Positions 52,790 through 60,041 of a stretch of DNA of 64,000 nucleotides are shown one piece after another (position 1 is the stretch's first letter; each line of letters opens with the position of its first letter). The notes under the pieces are model-generated. The model searched no databases. It was not told the origin of the DNA and worked only from the letters and a program-made list of their open reading frames with translations. The stretch is taken from assembly GCA_041651195.1 (NCBI GenBank), contig JBAZJR010000005.1, positions 33-64,032 of the forward strand, written 5' to 3'. This stretch comes from Patescibacteria group bacterium. GTDB taxonomy: Bacteria; Patescibacteriota; Patescibacteriia; Patescibacteriales; UBA12465. The translations under genes and the position numbers were made by a program.

Positions 52790-54070
52790 TTATTTAAGGC
52801 GTTCTATCAGTTTTTCAATATTATAGGCTCCCATCTTTTCCGCGTTCAAGAATCCATCCATAGCGGCGCGTGCGAGGCGGCCGGAAGCGAGCAAATCTGG
52901 TAACCACTCGGCGACATATTCCGGATCTAAACTATCAATGCCGGCTCCGATAGCCAGTAGCCAGTCGCGGTTAAAATCCTCTTGGCTGCCGACTGGCTCG
53001 GACATGATAATCGGCAGACCAAGGGCGCAATAGAAAGAAAGCTCCGAAGGCTTAGTCCAGAGGATATCCGTATCATGCAGACAATCATTAAACTTTCGAA
53101 AGTATCCAATTTTGTCGGGATCATAGATAACTTCTACCCCGTCACCGACCGCTAACCCGGCGCGCTGCGCCGCCTCAATAAAATATTCTTTGACTTCCGG
53201 GCGATTACCAGCCACCAGATTCAAGCCGATCTCCTTATTCTTAATCTGAATAGATAATTTATCCAATAAAACAGCGCCAATTTCTTTTTGGGCCCCGGCG
53301 CCGCCGACTGCGTAAGTTATAGTAAGCGGCAGATTGTGCTGTCGGGAGAACCCTGGCGTAATCTTCTCCAAAAGCGCCTGATATTGCTTCTGATATACGC
53401 CTTGCGGATCTAAGACGCCGACTCGACAGGCAAGATCGTCCGTCAAGATTTGGCCATCGGCGCCAATATTCTCTTTCGGTAAAGGAAAGCCGGAAATAAT
53501 AATATTCTCGGAACGAACTCCATACATCAAGAATCGATCCCTAACTTTTTCACTCGGCACTAAGAATTTAGTCCGACTACTCTTTGGGTTAAGCGGCGCC
53601 CAAGCGCGAGAGGCGTCAGTATCACAGATAACGCAATAAATATCTCCGCGATAATTATTATATTCGGCAATATAGGCAGCCACAAAAAAAGTCGTGACAA
53701 AAGGCAGGCCATCCTTATCTAATTGCCTTATTAATTGCCGGCCGATTCCCTGCTTGATGAATTTATAAAAATATCTCTGCTGGGCCGTCGGACGGGACAG
53801 ATCACGAAAAGGATAAAGTGGCTGGATCTTCTGAAAAGCATCCATCACCGCAAAGACCAAATCGCCTAAAAGCGGAATTTTCTTTAGCCGAGAAATATGC
53901 TCATAAGAGCGCAGGCTCTTAACCCAATATTCCGCCTCCCACTCCGGGATGCCGTCGTAATTATTAATGGTAATTATTTCTCCCGCGCTCAGGTCTAGTA
54001 AGGGATACGCAGCTCGCTGATGTCCATAGCCCATGTCAGCAGCAACGAGATTTATTTTTTTAACTGGCAT
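52790..54070 (-). CDS. MGDG-synthase/UgtP-like GT28 glycosyltransferase
   Basis: N-terminal ..ADMGYGHQRAA.. and C-terminal ..LWTKPSELSFYCALGLPIIMSEPVGSQEDFNRDWLLAIGAG.. parallel the diacylglycerol glycosyltransferase pattern. Confidence 0.5.
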   Translation of the reverse strand: MPVKKINLVAADMGYGHQRAAYPLLDLSAGEIITINNYDGIPEWEAEYWVKSLRSYEHISRLKKIPLLGDLVFAVMDAFQKIQPLYPFRDLSRPTAQQRYFYKFIKQGIGRQLIRQLDKDGLPFVTTFFVAAYIAEYNNYRGDIYCVICDTDASRAWAPLNPKSSRTKFLVPSEKVRDRFLMYGVRSENIIISGFPLPKENIGADGQILTDDLACRVGVLDPQGVYQKQYQALLEKITPGFSRQHNLPLTITYAVGGAGAQKEIGAVLLDKLSIQIKNKEIGLNLVAGNRPEVKEYFIEAAQRAGLAVGDGVEVIYDPDKIGYFRKFNDCLHDTDILWTKPSELSFYCALGLPIIMSEPVGSQEDFNRDWLLAIGAGIDSLDPEYVAEWLPDLLASGRLARAAMDGFLNAEKMGAYNIEKLIERLK

Positions 54071-54120
54071 AATTTTAATTTATCCGCCATCCGGCTTTCT
54101 TCCATTATTATAGCAAACTA

Positions 54121-55059
54121 TCAATAATTTTTCGCTACGAAAGGCTGCCCTGATTTCAATTGTAAATATTGATACGCACTGAGAGCAGCCGTGGTCGCTT
54201 GGCCCATGGCTACGGTAATCTGCTTGAATTCGCAGTCTGTAACATCTCCGGCGGCGAATAAGCCAGGCGTTTTCGTCTCGCCGTTGCGGCCGGCGATTAT
54301 CTGATGGCGGGAATTTCTTTCTGCTAAATCAGCGATTAAATCGGTGCTAGCAATCCGGCCGACCTCTATAAAAACACCGTCCAGAGCTATCTCTTCGCTC
54401 GTCTTTGTCTCATTATCAAGAGCCCTGATCTCCTCTACTTTACCTGCCCCGGTAATTTCTTTTATCTCCGTATTAGTCATTATCTTGATATTGGCGCGGG
54501 ATTTAACTTCATCAATCAGTGTTTCAAAGGCTTTAAATTGGCTGCTGTGATGGATTAAATATACCTGTTTGGCTATTTTCGACAGCATCTCCGCTGCGTC
54601 CAGAGCTGAGTTGCCGCCGCCGATCACAGCTACAGTTTTGCCACGAAAAAATGGACCGTCGCAATTAGCGCAGTAGGAGACTCCCTTACCGTTGAACTCC
54701 AGCTCGCCAGGTACCGCTAAACGGCGCGGCGAAAGACCCATGGCAATAATAACGGTCTTAGCCGCGAAGGTCTCGCGATTAGTATAAAGCAAAAAATTGC
54801 CTTCAGCCGTGCGTTCTATTTTTTTTACTTCCTCTTCTTTCAGCTCGGCGCCACACCCCAAGGTCTGCTGCTTGATCCTATCGATCAGCTCAAAACTGCT
54901 GATTTTAGAAAATCCTGGATAATTTTCAATCTCGCTTGCCCAAATCATTTGCCCGCCGACCTCCTGACCGATAATCAAAGTCTTCATCTCACGGCGGACA
55001 GCATAGATGGCCGCTGTCATCCCAGCTGGCCCAGAGCCGACAATAATCAAATCATACAT
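54121..55059 (-). CDS. trxB: thioredoxin-disulfide reductase
   Basis: YDLIIVGSGPAGMTAAIYA, redox CANCDG, NADPH site VIGGGNSALDAA, and GLFAAGDV. Confidence 0.9.
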   Translation of the reverse strand: MYDLIIVGSGPAGMTAAIYAVRREMKTLIIGQEVGGQMIWASEIENYPGFSKISSFELIDRIKQQTLGCGAELKEEEVKKIERTAEGNFLLYTNRETFAAKTVIIAMGLSPRRLAVPGELEFNGKGVSYCANCDGPFFRGKTVAVIGGGNSALDAAEMLSKIAKQVYLIHHSSQFKAFETLIDEVKSRANIKIMTNTEIKEITGAGKVEEIRALDNETKTSEEIALDGVFIEVGRIASTDLIADLAERNSRHQIIAGRNGETKTPGLFAAGDVTDCEFKQITVAMGQATTAALSAYQYLQLKSGQPFVAKNY

Positions 55060-55246
55060 AATTTCTCAAGCCTCTTTCTGCACTAAAAATTTTAGCCAGC
55101 AAGAGCAAAAAAATAATAATTATATTCCAATTATAATTTGTATCTAAATTTAAAGCAAATAATAGCTTATTTAAAAAACATAGCTTAATTTTAGCTAATT
55201 TTTTTATTAGTAATAACAAGTTTTCCCCAATTAGTCTAAATGTGTT

Positions 55247-55266
55247 ATTTAGCTAATATTAAACAA
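55247..55266. repeat. second copy of the 20-nt repeat seen at 44245-44264
   Basis: atttagctaatattaaacaa. A third, partial TTTAGCTAAT lies at about 55189. Confidence 0.8.
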
Positions 55267-55389
55267 ATTAAAAAGAAAAGTCCACATTTTTGTAGACTTA
55301 TAATAAGACTTGTTGATTAAAATGTTCTGCGAAGAACAAATATTATAATAGTGATTCCATCCTCATTTTACATTTCTTAAAAATCGTTT

Positions 55390-55941
55390 TTATGAATCTA
55401 ATAATTTTTCTAACAACGGAAATTCTTTATATGGCTGATTAAATTTATCAGACCCCATGTGCCCTTCCCCTGATCGCAATATCAATGTGCCGCCCAACTT
55501 ATTCCACATATATAAACCCTCGTTGTGGTCACATCCCCAAGGATCATTGTCAGAATTTATAAAAATTATATCATCAACATTTTTTTTAATTATTTCCCAA
55601 TCATATTTTTCTTGGAGAATTAATTCTTGTTTTTTACTTCCTTTTCTAGATCGAGCATAGCCGGCTACTAAAATGGCTTTACTTAATACTACATTACTCT
55701 TTTCTAATACGCTTAAAATTAAAGGGGCTCCAGACGAGTGCCCAATTATTACAGTTCCCTTTTCTAAAAAATTACTGTTGAGAATAGCCGGTAACCATTT
55801 TTCTAAATCCGGCTGGTCAGGGTCTGGCAAATTAGGCGCTAAAACTTTATAACCTTTAGACTCTAAGAATCTTTTTATGCTAGGGATCCAAAAAGATTCG
55901 GGCGAAGATCCGCTGCCATGACAAATTATAGCTTTTTTCAT
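55390..55941 (-). CDS. YdeN/RBBP9-like alpha/beta serine hydrolase
   Basis: 183 aa, nucleophile elbow IGHSSGAP, and late D and H residues (..NSDNDPW.. ..GEGHMG..). It sits in a strongly AT-rich patch. Confidence 0.6.
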   Translation of the reverse strand: MKKAIICHGSGSSPESFWIPSIKRFLESKGYKVLAPNLPDPDQPDLEKWLPAILNSNFLEKGTVIIGHSSGAPLILSVLEKSNVVLSKAILVAGYARSRKGSKKQELILQEKYDWEIIKKNVDDIIFINSDNDPWGCDHNEGLYMWNKLGGTLILRSGEGHMGSDKFNQPYKEFPLLEKLLDS

Positions 55942-56017
55942 AAATTATTTTTAACTATCTTATACAACTATACCATATAATAATAAAACGCCACAATTTA
56001 ATTGTAGCGTTTTATGT

Positions 56018-56091
56018 GTGGACCATAAGGGACTTGAACCCTTGACCTCTTCCATGCCATGGAAGCGCTCTAGCCAACTGAGCTAATGGCC
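56018..56091 (-). tRNA. tRNA-Ala (anticodon GGC)
   Basis: Reverse complement GGGCCAT TA GCTC AGTTGGCTA GAGC G CTTCC ATGGCAT GGAAG AGGTC AAGGG TTCAAGT CCCTT ATGGTCC A. The G3:U70 identity pair is present. Confidence 0.9.
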
Positions 56092-56264
56092 CTTTATAAA
56101 AATTATATTGGTATATTGTTCCTTAAAGAACAATTTTAATTTTATAGCTAAAAATACTATATAATTATACCTATATGATACTAGTATAAAAATAAAAGTC
56201 AATAGGGAAGTAACAATATAATAATCTTTATCTGTCAATAATACTTGACAATTTATACAATTAG

Positions 56265-56336
56265 TGTCCTCGCCAGGAATTGAACCTGGATTTAGAACTT
56301 AGGAGATTCTCGTTCTATCCGTTGAACTACGAGGAC
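56265..56336 (-). tRNA. tRNA-Arg (anticodon CCT)
   Basis: Reverse complement GTCCTCG TA GTTC AACGGATA GAAC G AGAAT CTCCTAA GTTCT AAAT CCAGG TTCAATT CCTGG CGAGGAC A. Confidence 0.9.
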
Positions 56337-56517
56337 GATTTGATCCATGTTATTTATTAATGAAATAACCATGGTCAATCAGACATTTAATCTAGCTCTA
56401 TCTTATAATAATATAGGGGCATTGACAACCCAGGAACACAAAAAATAATTTTGACAAAGCGCTACTATTAGCCTAAAATAAAAACAGACACTATGCCTCT
56501 AAATTAATACTAAATAT

Positions 56518-56928
56518 ATGTTTAGCAAAGAGAGTAAATTAGAAAAATTCAAAGACGCGGAAACCGTTATCGGATCCTCGATCAAGGTCAAGGGAAATTT
56601 TCAAGGACAGGGAGATATCATCATTGAGGGGTCTCTGGAGGGATCAATAAAGACCGAAGCCAGCATCTACATTGGCAACCAAGCTAAGATTGTCGCCAAT
56701 ACCGAATCCAAAGACATCATCGTCAACGGGGAAGTGCGCGGCAATATCAAGGCTAGAAATTATCTAGCGGTCGGCGGCACGGCCAAAATATACGGCGACA
56801 TCCAATATGGAGAGATTTCCATTGAAAAGGGCGCGATTATCAACGGCCAACTCCTGTTATTATCAGAAGAACATAAACGGGGCGAAAAGATAAAGCCCGA
56901 AGACAAGGAGAACGCGCTAGAGAAATAA
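56518..56928 (+). CDS. bactofilin
   Basis: Repetitive beta-helix pattern ..IKVKGNFQGQGDIIIEGSLEGSIKTEASIYIGNQAKIVANTESKDIIVNGEVRGNI.. with a charged C-terminal tail. Confidence 0.8.
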   Translation: MFSKESKLEKFKDAETVIGSSIKVKGNFQGQGDIIIEGSLEGSIKTEASIYIGNQAKIVANTESKDIIVNGEVRGNIKARNYLAVGGTAKIYGDIQYGEISIEKGAIINGQLLLLSEEHKRGEKIKPEDKENALEK

Positions 56929-56947
56929 TCGTGTTTGATTAAACCCT

Positions 56948-57685
56948 ATGCACGTTTATATCTATGACGATTATTTAAATAAGGGAAAATACCATAAGAC
57001 CATCAACCGCCTAGAGATTCGACTGACCGATTTAGGCTTAAACGGCAAGATTATCCGTCTGGGCGGAATCAAGAATATCAAAGGAACCGTCCAAAATGAA
57101 ATAAGATTAGGCGCCAAGACTATCATCGCCGTCGGTAATAACCAGACGGTCAACAAGATAATCGGCGCCATCATCGATACCGACCTCTACGGCGACTTCC
57201 AGAAAAAAACCCTCTTAGGCATCATTCCGATTGGTGACGATAATTCCATCGCCGCTTCTTTCGGCATTAAAAATGAAGCAGAAGCCTGTAATATCTTATT
57301 AGCGCGACGGATAGAAAAGATAGATCTCGGGCTAGTCGGCAACCATTATTTTTTAAACCAAGCGACAATCCAAAGCGCAGACACTACTTTAGAAATAGAC
57401 GACTATTCTATCGAAGTGTCTGAAAAAGGGGAAGTCCAGATTATTAATTTGCTGAGCGACAAAGATATAAAAATAAAATCTAGTCCGCATGACGGCCAGC
57501 TAGATGTCTACATCAAGACTAGAAAAAAAGATCAGACTTATCTGACTGCGGAAAAATTGAAAGTTTCCAATCCTAAACACAAGCTAGTCATCGACGGTAT
57601 CCTGGAAATAGAAACGCCGACGGAAATCGGTATTATCAAAGACCGCGTTAATATCATCGTCGGCAAAGACCGGCTCTTCGAATAA
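56948..57685 (+). CDS. diacylglycerol/lipid-kinase-like (DAGK_cat/YegS family) protein with degenerate catalytic motifs
   Basis: IIAVGNNQTVNKIIGAI stands where kinases have GGDGT, and GIIPIGDDNSIAASFGI where they have P.GTGND. The overall layout is conserved. Confidence 0.5.
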   Translation: MHVYIYDDYLNKGKYHKTINRLEIRLTDLGLNGKIIRLGGIKNIKGTVQNEIRLGAKTIIAVGNNQTVNKIIGAIIDTDLYGDFQKKTLLGIIPIGDDNSIAASFGIKNEAEACNILLARRIEKIDLGLVGNHYFLNQATIQSADTTLEIDDYSIEVSEKGEVQIINLLSDKDIKIKSSPHDGQLDVYIKTRKKDQTYLTAEKLKVSNPKHKLVIDGILEIETPTEIGIIKDRVNIIVGKDRLFE

Positions 57686-57695
57686 CCGGTCGGAA

Positions 57696-57852
57696 TAATA
57701 AAAAAGACCGACTTAAACGGGTAGGCAAGAAAATTTCTTTTAGGCACTTTCGAGCGCAAGGCCGGAAAAATCCTAACAAGAAAATCCCCATGCTTGTCGT
57801 GCCTGACCCGTTTAAAGCGGTCTTTTCTAATCTAAAAAATCTTTTAAACAAC
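57696..57852 (-). ncRNA. candidate structured small RNA (unclassified)
   Basis: A - strand promoter (57858-57886) is followed by a ~125-nt element closed by a 24-bp imperfect helix (57702-57727 pairs with 57800-57826), then UUUUUUAUU. It lies between convergent genes. Confidence 0.4.
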
Positions 57853-57857
57853 CAATT

Positions 57858-57886
57858 AATATATCATAGTAAATATACTTTGTCAA
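57858..57886 (-). promoter_or_regulatory. sigma70-like promoter facing the candidate sRNA
   Basis: - strand TTGACA (57886-57881), 17-nt spacer, TATATT (57863-57858). Confidence 0.55.
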
Positions 57887-57914
57887 TAGATTTATCCACA
57901 ATTTAACCACAAAC

Positions 57915-57945
57915 AAAAATACCAGTTATAAACTGGTATTTTTTA
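57915..57945. terminator. bidirectional intrinsic terminator after rnj
   Basis: AAAAATACCAGTT/ata/AACTGGTATTTTTT. Confidence 0.7.
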
Positions 57946-57963
57946 TTAAATATTAGCTATTAT

Positions 57964-59865
57964 TTATACTTTGATAACGACCGGCAGAACCATCGGGCGA
58001 CGCTTCGTGGCCTGAAATAAAAATTGGCCGATATCGTTTCTGATCTTATTCTTGATATAATCATCGTCAGCCGGCGTCATCGGATTCTTATCCTTGACGA
58101 TTTTTTTGACTCGCATCCTGGTCTTTTCGATCAAGTCGCGGTTTTCCTTCATGTGGACAAAGCCGCGGGAAATCAAATCCGGGTTACCAATAATATCCCC
58201 GGTCTTGCTATCGATGGTGGCGATAATGACGATCATACCGTCTTCAGACATCATTTTCCGATCACGCAATACGATCTCTGACACATCGCCGACACCCAAG
58301 CCATCAACCATAACATAATCTGTATTAACTTTTTCTTTCAGGACTTGGGGCTTCTTGCCTTTTTGGAATTTTATGACTTGGCCATTATCCAGAACAAATA
58401 TCTGTTCATCGCGGAAGCCTTCGCGTAACGCCAATTTCTTAGCTTCTACTAACATATAGTGATTCGCGTAAACTGGCAGGAAATAATCCGGCTTGATCTG
58501 ATGCAGGATCTTCTTAATATCCTCTGCGTTAGCGTGCCCGCCAGAATGGACGTCCATGATGCTGTCATGGATGACATTATCGCTCAAACGATAAATCAGG
58601 TCCTTGACCTTCTGAATAGAACGCTCATTACCTGGAATAACCGAGGAAGAGAAGATGACTACATCAGATTTCTTGATCGTCACATAGTGGTGGTTGCCGT
58701 TGACGATGCGAGAAAAAACAGCATTAAGCTCTCCCTGGGCGCCGGTACAGATAAGCACTACCTGATTATCCGGATATTTATGGAAGTCTTCGATGGGGAT
58801 CAAAGTGCTTTTATGCGGCGGGATATACCCTAACTCCTGAGCGATCCGCACATTCATCTTCATGCTGTAACCATCTAGCGCTACTTTCTTGCCGATCTTT
58901 TCGGCGTAAGCTAAAAGATGGGTAATCCGCTCTAACTGGGAAGCAAAAGTCCCGATAATTACTCGGCCGGAAGCTTCGCTGATGATCTTTTCCAGGTTGG
59001 CAAGGGTAGTCTTAACCGGCGTCCGTTCTTTCGTATAAGAAACGCCTAAACTCTCGAGCATCAATATCCGCGGGGAAGGCAATTGGGCTAAATGGCCATA
59101 ACTGACAGCCGCGCCATGGATCGGATCGTCTTCCATCAGCCAGTCGCCCGGATGAATAACGGTGCCGTGCGGGGTTTGGATAATCACGCCGACGGCGTCA
59201 ATGATCGAGTGCTCGACCCGAAAAAAACTGATTGAAAACTTACCAAGGGCGATCTTCTGATTGATTGAAGAGATGCTGATAGTCTTCAGATTCTTGGTCG
59301 TGCCGCGTTTATAATCTTCCTGGCGATGCTTAACCATCGCCAAAGTCAAAGGCATGCCGATGATCGGCGGATTGCCGAGCTGCTCTAGCAGGATCGGCGC
59401 GGCTCCGATATGATCAAGATGGCCGTGACTGAATATGACGCCACGGACATTCTTCTCCTTGCCGCGCAAAGAAGAAACATTCGGAATAATGTAGTCAACA
59501 CCGGGCATATCTTCGTCGGAAAATTGCATGCCCATATCTAAAATAACGATATCTTCGCCATACTCGAAGACAGTGCAGTTTCGACCGACTTCTTCCTGCC
59601 CGCCGAGCGGATAGATCTTGAAGCTGGCGTCGATAGACGGGGCCTTAGATGCCTGGGGCGCGGGGACTTGTCGATTAGAAGAAAACTTGGCATGACGGTT
59701 ATGCCTGGCTGGCCGACTGCTAGTCGGTGCAGAAAACTTAGCCCTTTTAACGGGTCGGGCGGGCGCCGGAGTAGAAAAGCCCTGGCGCTGAGGTCGCGCT
59801 GCGTTCTGGATCTGACGGCTGGGCGCATCAATATTGCCCAGGACAGGATAGGATTTTAAATTCAT
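57964..59865 (-). CDS. rnj: ribonuclease J with ~80-aa basic Pro/Ala/Arg-rich N-terminal extension
   Basis: Metallo-beta-lactamase motif FSHGHLDHIG, beta-CASP region and C-terminal domain. There is no internal Met before the conserved ..IYPLGGQEEVGRNC.. core. Confidence 0.85.
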   Translation of the reverse strand: MNLKSYPVLGNIDAPSRQIQNAARPQRQGFSTPAPARPVKRAKFSAPTSSRPARHNRHAKFSSNRQVPAPQASKAPSIDASFKIYPLGGQEEVGRNCTVFEYGEDIVILDMGMQFSDEDMPGVDYIIPNVSSLRGKEKNVRGVIFSHGHLDHIGAAPILLEQLGNPPIIGMPLTLAMVKHRQEDYKRGTTKNLKTISISSINQKIALGKFSISFFRVEHSIIDAVGVIIQTPHGTVIHPGDWLMEDDPIHGAAVSYGHLAQLPSPRILMLESLGVSYTKERTPVKTTLANLEKIISEASGRVIIGTFASQLERITHLLAYAEKIGKKVALDGYSMKMNVRIAQELGYIPPHKSTLIPIEDFHKYPDNQVVLICTGAQGELNAVFSRIVNGNHHYVTIKKSDVVIFSSSVIPGNERSIQKVKDLIYRLSDNVIHDSIMDVHSGGHANAEDIKKILHQIKPDYFLPVYANHYMLVEAKKLALREGFRDEQIFVLDNGQVIKFQKGKKPQVLKEKVNTDYVMVDGLGVGDVSEIVLRDRKMMSEDGMIVIIATIDSKTGDIIGNPDLISRGFVHMKENRDLIEKTRMRVKKIVKDKNPMTPADDDYIKNKIRNDIGQFLFQATKRRPMVLPVVIKV

Positions 59866-60041
59866 AAAATTGGTACCAAATACCTGGTAAGTACAGGTCT
59901 TTTCTAAAATGACCGGATCCAGGTTTGATAAGTTGAGGCTTAGCCTCTTTAATAGATTAATAAAGCGTCACAGCGTGACGACTTAAGATAAATTAGATAA
60001 TAGGTAATAGAGTCTAAACCGAACAGAGCTTGATAGTGGAT

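Noticed and set aside
57702-57826. Identification of the 57.7-kb hairpin as SRP (4.5S) RNA or 6S RNA
   Set aside because: The - strand has GGUCAGG and AGCA strings like SRP helix 8. However, no GNRA tetraloop is closed by the expected short stem between them, and the GAAA-capped stem lacks flanking AGCA/CAGG loops. The element is too short for typical 6S. I left it unclassified.
57654-57851. 65-aa TTG-start ORF on the - strand covering the candidate sRNA
   Set aside because: The Arg/Phe/Leu-rich translation is generated by A/T runs and the long inverted repeat. It overlaps the 3' end of the + strand gene. The RNA-structure explanation fits better. A small protein cannot be fully excluded without conservation data.
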